This document shows, in pieces, positions 8,063-17,353 of a stretch of 64,000 nt of DNA (position 1 is the first letter of the stretch; every line of letters begins with the position of its first letter). The stretch is taken from NCBI GenBank assembly GCA_965242525.1, contig OZ251459.1:3744001-3808000 (forward strand), written 5' to 3'. The position numbers were made by a program, and so were the translations under genes. Below the pieces are notes generated by a model. It was not told where the DNA came from and ran no database searches. It saw only the letters and a program-made list of their open reading frames with translations. This DNA comes from an uncultured Candidatus Binatia bacterium (GTDB taxonomy: Bacteria > Desulfobacterota > Binatia > UBA9968 > JAJDTQ01).

Positions 8063-11000
8063 TCAAGCGGTTGCGCTTGGCTGTTCGAGCAGGGTCCCCT
8101 GCTCGCCGCGCTCTTCGCGTGCGAGGCGGGCGATCTCCGGCCAGCTCTGGACGAGCGCGTTGTAGGACGAGGCTTCCGCGGCGCGGCTCCGGCGCTCGGC
8201 GACAGCGTAGAGGCGGTAGGCGAGCTCGCGGGCGGTCTCGGCGACCCCGCCGAGTTTGCGGACGAGTCCCGCGGCCGCGGTCTCGCCCCCGGTTTCGAGG
8301 GCGCGAACGAGTTGATGGACCGTTTCCCAAGCGGTCAGCCTCGGGTCCGCGGCCGGGTCCCAATCCGCGGAAAGCTCCTCGGGCTCCAGCAACCGGACCT
8401 TGCCCGCCTTCGATGCGAGGACGCCGGCCTCCACCAGTCCGCCGACGCTGGTGTTCTTGGCCTTGGAGAGCGTCTCCGCGGCGCCGTACTCGCCCGCTTC
8501 GAATCCGTGCTGCTCGAACCACGCCAGCGCCCAACGGCTGTCGGCGTCGAAGTCGCCCTCCTGCTCCGCAAGGGTTTCGTCCAGGGTCTGGTTGATGAGC
8601 GCCAGCGCCTCCCGGACCGACACCGACTTGCCGGAGGCGTCCAGCACCCTGGCGTAGCGGGTATAGACCGCCATGCCGGGGCCGATGGCCGCCTGCGCCA
8701 GATCCACCGGCGCGATGTTGCCGGATTGCAGGTGGGCGAGGGCAGCGGGAAGCTCGGCTTTGAGCGCCGCCACGAACTCCCGGCGGGTGGCGAGGGAGGC
8801 GTCGGCCGGGCGTTTGCGGCAGACGAGGACGATGGAGGATGCGAGGGCGTTGGCGCCCATCCCGATCATGCGATTGCCGAGCTCAGTACGCATCGGCCAG
8901 GTACCGGTAACGGCGAAACCGGCACGGATCACGGCGTCGAGGAAGGTCTCCCATCCATTGCTGACCCCTGGGAGCGCGGGCGTCCCGCCCGCATTCGTCC
9001 TGCGGATACTCTCCGATTGCTTGAACGCATAGTAGATCGTGACCGGAAAGGAGGGATATGTCTGTTCGGCGAGGCGCTGCATGGCCCGCGTCATCCCGTC
9101 AAGAAAGAAGGTTTCGGCCTCGTCCTTGCCCCCGTGCCGGTAAGGAGTAGCGACCAGTTCCTCCGCCTTCGGGACGGCGAGCGTGGCGAAGAGATCGGGG
9201 AACGTCGAGCGTAATGACCGGCGCAGCCAGACGTAGAAGAAGTCGGACAGATCCGCGTAGCCGACGTTGTCGTAGTAGGGCGGGTCAGTTGATACCAACT
9301 TCCAAGTCGACAAATCTTGTTGAGCAGTAGCATCGAGCTGACAGGATCGCCCGAGTGTTCCACTTCGAAATTGTTTTTCTACGACTTCATAGACGGACTT
9401 CGTAGTTCCGAAGACATCGCCTCCGGCTCCGGCAAGAGGATTGGTCTCTGCGAAATCCCATACCATCGGCAGCGCTTGGCGACTGAATGTACCGACAAGC
9501 TTGTCTCGTTGTTCCCACCGACACAGGCCGGTGTTTCGGTCACACGCCTTGCTCTGCGCGAAGGCCAGATACACTCCCACCGCCTCGGCATACGCTGTTG
9601 CGCTCGTGCCACCGTCACGCAGGGGGAGATCGTCCCCTGGGAGCGCGGGCGTCCCGCCCGCATTTTCCTTGAGCGGGCGGGACGCCCGCGCTCCCAGGAT
9701 GTCCTGCTTGATCCGCGCGATTGCTTCCGTCACCAAGTCGGAGAAGGTGGTCAACGCGACCAGTTGGCGGGGGGTGAAGAGGTCCCCCCAGATCGTCAGG
9801 CCGTAGGGCACGCAGGTTCCGCCGGTGAGCCTCGCCGGAACGTCGCCGTCCGGCCGCCACTCCGGCTCCGCCTCCCGGGCGCGCTCCTCATGCTCCGACG
9901 TGGGCGCCAGATAGACGCGCCCGTGATCTCCCTCCGCGACGATGGCCATCAACCGGGCGCCCATGCGGCCAGCCTTCCCTTCGGCCTTGATGTAGTCACC
10001 GGCGACCGGCATGTCGGACATCAGGCAGCGGAAATTCGCGCCGCGGCCCAGCTTGGTTCCTTGTGTGGGCGGGAAGCCCGCGTCCTCCCGGGACACGCCG
10101 TTCCCGGAATGCATGGATTCCCGCTTACGCGGGAATGACGAGGATGGGGTCGGGATGTCCGCGCTACCAGGAGCGCCGGCCTTTGGTGCGCCGGTTCCAG
10201 GAGGACCTACCTTCACCGTGAAGCGGTAGCCGTCCTCCCCGACTACCGGCTCGACATACGCCTCCTTGCCCTTCTTCGTCGAGAGCATGAAGGTCGAGGC
10301 CAGCGGTACGTCCACGTCCCGGAACGCCGGGTTCGGGCTCTTGACCGTGCGTGCCCACAGCCACGCGATGACGGTCAGCTTCCGGCCCACGTACCGTTCC
10401 AGGTCCGGCCGCTCCCGCGCCATCGCCGCGGTGACCTCGACCTTCGGATACAGATGCCCGATGCGCTTTTCGGCCTCGTCGCGCATCCATCGACCGTAGT
10501 AGCGCACGTCCTCGGCCAGCCCTTGCGCGCCCTTCCAATCCTCCCGCTCAATCAGCGACTCCTTGGCGGCCGGTGCGTCGGGGCGGGCCTCGGGGTTCAC
10601 CGGCGGGCGGCCGGCGAACTTCGGCGGGATCTCGATCATCGCCTTGTTGATGAGCACCGCCACCGGGTTCAAGTCCGAGGCATGGGCTTCCAGCCCCAGG
10701 CGCTGCGCTTCCAGCGGCAGCGCGCCGCCGCCCGCGAACGGATCGTGGAAGGCCGGCAGCCGGTCGGGGTCGAACAGTTCGTCCGCCCGCGGATGGTCGC
10801 GATTCTCCGCGCAGGTCCGCCGCCAGCTTGTCCGGATCTCGTCGCGGGCGGCCTGCAACAGCGCCTCGTTCGTGGTGTTCTCCCACTTCACCAGTTCCTC
10901 GATGAGGCGGAACAGCCGCCGCCGTTCCTTCTCCTGGGCTTCCTCCGTGGGGAACCGGTCCGGCGACGCGGAGGGGTCGTCCACCATCTGCGCGAAGATC

Positions 11001-11158
11001 ACCGCCCGCGCCGCGGCCAACGGGCGCCGCGCCCACCACAGATGCAGCGTGCTCGGATGCCCGTGCCGGATGGACTTCTCCCGCGCGGAAGCCGCATTGA
11101 CGGCGTCGAGTGGCAGCGCCACTTCGATGAGCTTCTTCCGTTCGTGTGATCGGATCAT
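8063..11158 (-). CDS. DUF1156-family adenine-specific DNA methyltransferase
   Basis: [21 protein letters not shown] motif DPFAGGG, catalytic TDPPYYD. Start placed at MIRSHE (11158). Confidence 0.92.
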   Translation of the reverse strand: MIRSHERKKLIEVALPLDAVNAASAREKSIRHGHPSTLHLWWARRPLAAARAVIFAQMVDDPSASPDRFPTEEAQEKERRRLFRLIEELVKWENTTNEALLQAARDEIRTSWRRTCAENRDHPRADELFDPDRLPAFHDPFAGGGALPLEAQRLGLEAHASDLNPVAVLINKAMIEIPPKFAGRPPVNPEARPDAPAAKESLIEREDWKGAQGLAEDVRYYGRWMRDEAEKRIGHLYPKVEVTAAMARERPDLERYVGRKLTVIAWLWARTVKSPNPAFRDVDVPLASTFMLSTKKGKEAYVEPVVGEDGYRFTVKVGPPGTGAPKAGAPGSADIPTPSSSFPRKRESMHSGNGVSREDAGFPPTQGTKLGRGANFRCLMSDMPVAGDYIKAEGKAGRMGARLMAIVAEGDHGRVYLAPTSEHEERAREAEPEWRPDGDVPARLTGGTCVPYGLTIWGDLFTPRQLVALTTFSDLVTEAIARIKQDILGARASRPLKENAGGTPALPGDDLPLRDGGTSATAYAEAVGVYLAFAQSKACDRNTGLCRWEQRDKLVGTFSRQALPMVWDFAETNPLAGAGGDVFGTTKSVYEVVEKQFRSGTLGRSCQLDATAQQDLSTWKLVSTDPPYYDNVGYADLSDFFYVWLRRSLRSTFPDLFATLAVPKAEELVATPYRHGGKDEAETFFLDGMTRAMQRLAEQTYPSFPVTIYYAFKQSESIRRTNAGGTPALPGVSNGWETFLDAVIRAGFAVTGTWPMRTELGNRMIGMGANALASSIVLVCRKRPADASLATRREFVAALKAELPAALAHLQSGNIAPVDLAQAAIGPGMAVYTRYARVLDASGKSVSVREALALINQTLDETLAEQEGDFDADSRWALAWFEQHGFEAGEYGAAETLSKAKNTSVGGLVEAGVLASKAGKVRLLEPEELSADWDPAADPRLTAWETVHQLVRALETGGETAAAGLVRKLGGVAETARELAYRLYAVAERRSRAAEASSYNALVQSWPEIARLAREERGEQGTLLEQPSATA
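9636..9698. repeat. Perfect palindrome (26-bp arms, 11-nt loop, 63 bp) in frame inside the methylase
   Basis: CCTGGGAGCGCGGGCGTCCCGCCCGC-attttccttga-GCGGGCGGGACGCCCGCGCTCCCAGG. Single arms recur at 8967-8992, 20384-20409 and 46390-46415. Confidence 0.9.
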
Positions 11159-11269
11159 CAAATTCAGTACCAGTGCAGTCGATGACACATACTGAATACC
11201 GAGATCATACAAGCATTGACCAGAAGTTCCGATATTAAACTGCGGCCTCATGTACCGATCATTCTTCGG

Positions 11270-12448
11270 TCACCCGTCTGGAAGCGCATCTGCCGCATCG
11301 TAACCTTCTTTGGTTACTTTGAATACTTCACCTTTGTGTCCGGCATCCTTGATGTACCGCCGCCGTCGCAGCTCTTCAAGACCCTCTTCCCAACGAGCGA
11401 GTGTTCGTGGTTTCTCATCCTGATTCATTACTTTTCCATTCACTTGAATCCAGGTACCTCCAAGAGTACCCATTAAAAAGATAAAGCCATCAGCCTTCAC
11501 AGCTTCTCGCAAGATGGCCTTAGCTTCTTCCGAGAGTCCAGAGGCTGTCGATGGTATTTCGTGTGCCTCGGTAATGCTGGTTGTTCCCCCTTTCCAATCG
11601 ACGTTTCCCAGTGCAACCGGCAATGCTCGAAGGATTTCTCTGAGTGCCTGGAGCCGAGTATTCGGTGTTTTCCAGACATAGGGCTTCAAGAGTTCGGGAA
11701 CCCCTACCGTTCCACCTCCGGAATTCTCAAACAACAATGTGACGATGACAAATTTATCTCCCTTTTTACGCTTTTCCTGGATAGCGTAAGTTATCTCCGT
11801 CTCCAGATAACCTTCATCCTTGAAGAATGGAGTAATAAAAAACACCACGGCGCATGAATCTTGCATGCCCTGAAGAATTGCACGTTCAACCGGTGAACCG
11901 GCAGGCATTGCTTCTTCATCAAGCCAAGGCTCGTAGCCTAATGCCTCCAGTGTATCCTTGAAATCAATGACCATGTCCTTGTCTGAACCTTTATGGCTCA
12001 AGAATATCTTCTTCGAGTCACTGGTAGCCATGTCAGTCTCTCCTCCGCAGATGATGCAGTAGTACCTGTCCCTTTGATCTGCCTTGATGGTTTCTCCACA
12101 GCATCGAAAGTGCAGAACTTTCAAATGATCATCTGTGTCCACCGGGGATACTATGGGATCAGGGATGTTGGAAGCCACCTCAACACGGAAAAATTCATTT
12201 GATGTGCTCTTGAGTTGCCGTTGGAATTTTTCCAATTCAGGGCGAACGACAACATCGGTTACGGCTGACTGGATGTAGTCTATCTGTTCTGGAGTCCACC
12301 AGCAATCGTGCTCATTGTGGCAACAGTAGGGACAAAACGAAATGGGTTTGTCGCTGCCGGAACCGAAAAGCACCTTGAAGCGTTGTCGGCATGAGGGGCA
12401 CTCCTGTGACAGGAAACCGTCGGAATCCGTATCGAATCTCACTTCCAC
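11270..12448 (-). CDS. TIR-domain protein with N-terminal Cys-rich Zn-ribbon region and C-terminal wHTH-like tail
   Basis: CPSC/CPYC/CC/CIIC, then KIFLSHKGSDK...PWLDE...G...AVVFFITP...YLETEITYA (TIR with conserved Glu). Visibly AT-richer than the flanks. Confidence 0.85.
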   Translation of the reverse strand: MEVRFDTDSDGFLSQECPSCRQRFKVLFGSGSDKPISFCPYCCHNEHDCWWTPEQIDYIQSAVTDVVVRPELEKFQRQLKSTSNEFFRVEVASNIPDPIVSPVDTDDHLKVLHFRCCGETIKADQRDRYYCIICGGETDMATSDSKKIFLSHKGSDKDMVIDFKDTLEALGYEPWLDEEAMPAGSPVERAILQGMQDSCAVVFFITPFFKDEGYLETEITYAIQEKRKKGDKFVIVTLLFENSGGGTVGVPELLKPYVWKTPNTRLQALREILRALPVALGNVDWKGGTTSITEAHEIPSTASGLSEEAKAILREAVKADGFIFLMGTLGGTWIQVNGKVMNQDEKPRTLARWEEGLEELRRRRYIKDAGHKGEVFKVTKEGYDAADALPDG

Positions 12449-12692
12449 TGCGATGATCCTCGTAAATCTGGTGGATTCCTGTCGTTTGCCCTTACGGGGT
12501 ACTGAACTCCGTTCGGCTGGATCCTGAGTTTGGGCTCACCTTGTACATTATTCTACAATTCGCGGCGCGTTGTAGGGATGCCGAAGCTGTGCCGATGCTT
12601 CAGTTCCGCTCGAAGCTTCATCATACCCGAAAATGAGTGCCGCACTCAACACTCTACTCCCCGGAATACTTGCAGTCCCGCTCGATTCGCCG

Positions 12693-13904
12693 TCATGCCT
12701 GCGCCCTCACCGTGCAATGGACCCTGTTCGGCTCGACCTGGAACTCAGGCTCCGGTTGGCCGTTGGCCAGCAACTCCCGCCGTGCGGCGGGGATGCCGAA
12801 CCCGTATCGCTGCACCAGACCGAGCACGCGCATCGCCTCTGCAAGGATCGGGTTGCGGTAATCCACGACTCCGGGCTGGCCGAAGGCGCTCGTGGTCACG
12901 GCGCCGTAAGGGCCGCCGGGGCTGATGATCTCGATACGGTCGTCGAACCAGTACACCCGGACAGGGGCGTTCGTGCCCTCATAGGTCCGGTGCATGACCG
13001 CGTTGCGGACGAGTTGTTGCAGGGCGCCGAGGGGATAAGCGGAGCGGCGAGTTTCGACGGGGCCGGACGTGAAGTCCACCGCGGTGCGGTTGTGGGCGAT
13101 GAGCTTGTCGTCCAGCCGGCGGATCACGTCGGCCACCGGCCCGTCACATCGGGCTTCGTCAACCACCTCTCCGCCCCATTCGTTTCCGCCGATCCGAAGG
13201 AACTGGATATAGGCGCCCTGCAGGTGCTCCTGCGGGCGCTTGCCCAGGACGAGGACCCCTGCCACAGTAGGAATCGGGTCCTCGCCCGAGACGATCATCT
13301 TGGCCGCGGCCAACCGCTCCTCGGGCGTCCGGTCGTTTGCGGCCAGGGTCTCGGGGTCGATGGCGGCCGGCAGATATTCGTCCTTGAAGAGGCCCACTCT
13401 CAGATCCGCAAGGCCGGCAGTGTAAACCGGCCGCGCGTCGAAATGCGGGTCGTGGTGCCTGCGCTTCTCGTTCAGTATCCTCTCGTCCTGCGCACTCGCA
13501 ACGGCGCGGCGCGGTCCCACGCGGATCCAGGTCCGTCCCCGGTAGCGAACCGGCGGAGAGTCCGAGGGCAGGACGGTGACGACCGCAACGTCATGCCCGA
13601 AAAGATGGTGCTTGCCAACGGTCAAGGACGGCGGCGGCACGATGTTTCCATCGGTCTTGACGTCGGCAAGCTGCCGCAACAGTTCATCCGTGACCTCGAT
13701 ACCGCTGGGCCTGCCGCCGTCGTCCGCTCCCACGAAGACGACGCCCGGACGCCGGTGGTCCGGCAGGTCGTTGGCGAAAGCGCAGACCGCTTCCCGGACC
13801 CTCGCCGGGGAGTCGCCCTGCAACGACTCCTTTCGTTCGACCCGATCGGATTCGAGGTCCGCCATCATGGCTTCGAGTTCATCATCCGAATAGGCGTCCG
13901 TCAT
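12693..13904 (-). CDS. AlbA_2/Schlafen-domain protein with HATPase_c_4 (RecG C-terminal-like) domain
   Basis: ESDRVERKE, VCAFAN, VFVGADDGG, NAVMHRTY, IEIISPGG, YRNPILAE, YGFGI. Confidence 0.85.
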   Translation of the reverse strand: MTDAYSDDELEAMMADLESDRVERKESLQGDSPARVREAVCAFANDLPDHRRPGVVFVGADDGGRPSGIEVTDELLRQLADVKTDGNIVPPPSLTVGKHHLFGHDVAVVTVLPSDSPPVRYRGRTWIRVGPRRAVASAQDERILNEKRRHHDPHFDARPVYTAGLADLRVGLFKDEYLPAAIDPETLAANDRTPEERLAAAKMIVSGEDPIPTVAGVLVLGKRPQEHLQGAYIQFLRIGGNEWGGEVVDEARCDGPVADVIRRLDDKLIAHNRTAVDFTSGPVETRRSAYPLGALQQLVRNAVMHRTYEGTNAPVRVYWFDDRIEIISPGGPYGAVTTSAFGQPGVVDYRNPILAEAMRVLGLVQRYGFGIPAARRELLANGQPEPEFQVEPNRVHCTVRAQA

Positions 13905-14031
13905 CGCGGTTACCCCCGCTTGTGCATGCCTCTTATCGGCGTTCCTCATGAAGCGGCTCGGCTATCGTTCGTCTGCCCACCGCAGCCGCAGTTTCAGGGC
14001 GTTCAGACGATTCCACGGCAGAAGCTCCTTA

Positions 14032-14814
14032 TTACTGCTTCCTCACATACCGGGACCACTCATTGATATCCACCTTGTCATCCGAAAACAGGCCGCGCAT
14101 GTCCTTGGCCTGGGGCAAAGGCCCACGTCCCAAGGGAGAGAACGAATCGACCTTGATCGACGTAGGTTCTCCCCGAACGTTGAACCTCACTTCGCCGCTC
14201 ACCGACAGGCGGCAGCCCAGATATTCGATCACCTGGTCCAGCGTCTCCCGGTCGCACCTGCACTGGATCCGGCGATCGGTGATGGCATCGTAAATGGCGA
14301 ACTGTACTCCGCCGTGTATGGAGAGAGCTTCCAGGGCGCCTTCTACGGAACCGATGGCAATCGACGTCGTCCCCATGAGCTGGTCCACGTGCACGACAAG
14401 GCGACTCGTAAGGGGTACTCGTTGCGCCGGTGTCGATCCTTCGCCTCCGAAGACGGCAATGGAGCCCGTATCGGGGGCAACGGAAACTGCGAGAGCCTTC
14501 GCCCGCTTGAGGGCGTCGTCCGTAAAGTGATCCGGGCGGCTTGGCTCCTTTTCGATCTTGCTGAGTCCGGAGAGAGCAGTGGCGATAATCCTGTCTGCAC
14601 AATCGGGTCCATATCGAGGTTCCGGATCCGGTCTTACGGCCAGACTGGCGCTGCCCATTCGCAAGTCCGATATAAACCAGTGAAGGTCCCGTGCGCCGGA
14701 TACGGCGAACTCCAGTTCGGACAACAGACCGGACAGCTCCCCGGCGGCACTGATAAAAACCTCGAGCGGGATATCGTCTCCCGTGAGATTCAATCCGATG
14801 TTCCGATTATCCAT
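14032..14814 (-). CDS. Hypothetical protein (260 aa)
   Basis: Clean ORF that fills the slot below a promoter-like sequence. The C-terminal part looks beta-rich (possibly OB-like). No family recognised. Confidence 0.7.
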   Translation of the reverse strand: MDNRNIGLNLTGDDIPLEVFISAAGELSGLLSELEFAVSGARDLHWFISDLRMGSASLAVRPDPEPRYGPDCADRIIATALSGLSKIEKEPSRPDHFTDDALKRAKALAVSVAPDTGSIAVFGGEGSTPAQRVPLTSRLVVHVDQLMGTTSIAIGSVEGALEALSIHGGVQFAIYDAITDRRIQCRCDRETLDQVIEYLGCRLSVSGEVRFNVRGEPTSIKVDSFSPLGRGPLPQAKDMRGLFSDDKVDINEWSRYVRKQ

Positions 14815-14854
14815 TGGTGCGGCCGCTCCAATACGGCGTGACCGGTGGAAATGA

Positions 14855-15025
14855 CTTCGCGCCGACCCCGTTGGCTCCCATTATACACCCGTCGTCCTTG
14901 CCCGTCGAGTCTGGCTTCAGCCGAAGAAATGGCCAGGTTTCCCGGTTCCCTCACCTCGGCGCATCCCTTCACGCCAGCATCTCGTGCAGCTCGTAGTTCA
15001 CGCTCACCACCCCGAAGTTCGGCTC
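14855..15025 (-). repeat. Diverged 171-bp copy of the helicase 3' end plus downstream promoter (other copy 19113-19283)
   Basis: Ungapped alignment by eye gives about 26 mismatches in 171. Encodes EPNFGVVSVNYELHEMLA* versus helicase EPDFGAVSVNYKLDDLLARGEEPG*. Confidence 0.92.
14880..14908 (-). promoter_or_regulatory. Putative sigma70 promoter TCGACG-N17-TATAAT
   Basis: Consensus -10, 17-bp spacer, about 65 bp upstream of the 14814 start. Conserved in the second repeat copy. Confidence 0.65.
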
Positions 15026-15048
15026 ACCGTGCGAATAGGCGTCCGTCG

Positions 15049-16758
15049 TCATGCGAAGTCCGACCTCCACAAGTGCACCGCTCGTCCCGCAAGCCTGCGC
15101 TGGCGTTCGTCCATCAACTCCGGCGTCCATCGTTCGGGCGCCATCTCCGGGATCCGCCGGGTGAGGGCATAGGCGCTATTGCCATAGGCGTCGAGCTTGT
15201 CGGCATAGGGGCCGTTCCCCACGTTGCGGTTGGCGGCGGGTTCCAGGAGAGTGAGGTTGCCGAGCCGATAAACGGATGCTTCCCATCGTTCGGCGGGGAG
15301 AGCCTCTCTCCATGCCTCCGCTGGATTCTCCGGGAGGATATGCTCGATGCTGCCGGGGTCGGTCTCCGGATCGCAGGCATGGCCCGCGGCGTCTTGTTCG
15401 AGCCGCGCGAGGATATACTTCGCGAGCTTTTTCCTCTGGCCGCGGGTGTTGACCACAAGCAGGGCGAAGTTCTGCCGTGTCCTTTCGTCGTCCACGTAGA
15501 TCGGCTTGAGATGCTCGAACACGGCGGCCGGAGTGCGAGCATCGCCGTCCATGACCGCTTTCGCGGCACGGTGGTAAGCCGGTTCGAGGGCGTTGGTGTT
15601 GAGGCCGCTGACCACCGTGTAGCGGAACGAGATCACGCTGACGAGTTTCAACACGCGGACGAAGTCGTTTCCGTCCAGGGACTCCCAAGCGGCGAACAGC
15701 AGCGGCATGGCCTGCCGCACCCGGAACAGGTTGAGGTCGCGGATGTATTCCTTCGCATCGGGCAAGTCCATCCAGTAACCGTGGTTCGGGTCCGAGACCG
15801 CGGCGAACAACTCGGCGCGGCCTTCGAGATCGTCAAGGAGCTGGAACACATCGGCCGCCGTCCTCGTCCGGTCCCGCACCAGCTTGAACAGACGCTGGCT
15901 CCGAACCTTCGGCTGCTCGCAAAGCAGGTGGTAGCGAAGGAACTCCGGGAAACGCTCCTGGTCCACCGTGGCCATGAGCGACCGCCAGCGGCGATGGAGG
16001 GCTTCGAGATCGGTAGGAACGCTGATCCGGGAGAACAGGTAGTTCTTGAGCAAGTCGGTAGTCGTCAACTCCAGGCCGCGCGCATTGAGCGTCTCGAAGA
16101 CGGTATAGGCGTTCAGCTCGTCTTCCACCGTGATCAGGATGAAGAGAAGCTGACGGGCCACCGTCTCGGAGAGAAGGCCGGCCACGGCCTGACCGTCGTC
16201 GCGCAATTCATCCAGGGTGTCGAGTTGCTTGCCAAAGTAACGGAAACAATCCCGGAGGAGGCGGTTCGACTTCGGCAACCCCCTCGGGTTGCGCGGCTCC
16301 CTGAGTTGGACCAGGTAGTCCTGGTAGAAGGCGTTGTCCGTTTCGTTCAGGTAGAGGCGGCTGCTTTCGATGAGCGACGCCGGGTCTTTCTCCCCAACGA
16401 AGCGGTTGCGGAGCTCCTGTCCCCGTTCCCTGTTCGCGTCGGACTCGATTCCGCGTTCGGCCAAGGCCCACAGCCTGGCGATCACCGCGAGCGCGAGAAG
16501 GCTGAGCGTGGCGAGACGCTGCTGGCCGTCGATGACGAGGAACTCGCGGTCGTTCTTCCCTTCGACGACGAGGGCGCCCAGGTAATGGCGGTCTTCCGGG
16601 CGCGGCCTCAGATCGACGAGGTCGTTCCAGAGGTCCTCCCACTGTTCCTCCGACCAGGAGTAGTCGCGCTGGTACGGAGGGACCCGATACGACCTGCCGT
16701 TGCCGATCAACTCCAGGTAGTTGATCGTGCGAGTATCCAGGATGTTCGTTCCTGCCAC
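15049..16758 (-). CDS. GmrSD-type DUF262 + DUF1524/HNH protein (type IV restriction-like)
   Basis: VPPYQRDYSW, IDGQQR, VFETLNARG, C-terminal IEHILP...LGNLTLL...N. Confidence 0.9.
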   Translation of the reverse strand: MAGTNILDTRTINYLELIGNGRSYRVPPYQRDYSWSEEQWEDLWNDLVDLRPRPEDRHYLGALVVEGKNDREFLVIDGQQRLATLSLLALAVIARLWALAERGIESDANRERGQELRNRFVGEKDPASLIESSRLYLNETDNAFYQDYLVQLREPRNPRGLPKSNRLLRDCFRYFGKQLDTLDELRDDGQAVAGLLSETVARQLLFILITVEDELNAYTVFETLNARGLELTTTDLLKNYLFSRISVPTDLEALHRRWRSLMATVDQERFPEFLRYHLLCEQPKVRSQRLFKLVRDRTRTAADVFQLLDDLEGRAELFAAVSDPNHGYWMDLPDAKEYIRDLNLFRVRQAMPLLFAAWESLDGNDFVRVLKLVSVISFRYTVVSGLNTNALEPAYHRAAKAVMDGDARTPAAVFEHLKPIYVDDERTRQNFALLVVNTRGQRKKLAKYILARLEQDAAGHACDPETDPGSIEHILPENPAEAWREALPAERWEASVYRLGNLTLLEPAANRNVGNGPYADKLDAYGNSAYALTRRIPEMAPERWTPELMDERQRRLAGRAVHLWRSDFA

Positions 16759-16882
16759 CGGGAGTATCCCTTCCGATCCTTCACGCGGACCTCAATCGCT
16801 GCCGTTCCTCCAACACCACCCCCGGGGAGACGGCAGAGTCGGGCGCGTATCGATTGGTCACCTTCGCCACGTTCCGTCCGTA

Positions 16883-17353
16883 TCAACCATCATCCAGCGC
16901 GTCTTTCAGTGTTCCACCGCACCGCACCAGCGCGACTCGTCTCGTTTGTCCGCGCAGGCGGACTTTGCGGGAGCGGAATTCGTTTCGCTGCCTGATCCGA
17001 AGATCCCTCCCGTGAGCGAGAACCGGGACGAACTGGAACGCGCTGTCGTCCGGAAGCCATGCCTCCACGGTTTCAGCCCCACCCTGCAGTTGGTCGACGA
17101 CCTCCGCTGCATCGAAACGCCCGCTTTTCAACTCGATCGGAGCGACCCAGGCTTTGGTATTCTTCTCACCGACGAAAACGTAATCGCACCGCTTCCGGTC
17201 ATCCGGAATATGCAGATCGTGACAATCGAGATCGACCAGTACCCTCTTCACCCTGGCTATACTGACGGAAAGCGTACATCCTTCCTTACTGCAAGAGTTG
17301 AAACGGCACCGGTCGGGAACGGTGTCGGAGACGACCGCAACGAGGCCCTTCAT
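16883..17353 (-). CDS. Small putative PD-(D/E)xK nuclease-fold protein
   Basis: Start MKGLVAV overlaps the ATPase stop (ATGA). KRCDYVFV...PIELKSG...QLQGG. Confidence 0.6.
   Translation of the reverse strand: MKGLVAVVSDTVPDRCRFNSCSKEGCTLSVSIARVKRVLVDLDCHDLHIPDDRKRCDYVFVGEKNTKAWVAPIELKSGRFDAAEVVDQLQGGAETVEAWLPDDSAFQFVPVLAHGRDLRIRQRNEFRSRKVRLRGQTRRVALVRCGGTLKDALDDG

Noticed and set aside
12565-12620. Third helicase 3'-end scar
   Set aside because: Only scattered short matches (TTGTAG, CCGAAG, CCGCTCGAAG) with inconsistent spacing; indistinguishable from chance.
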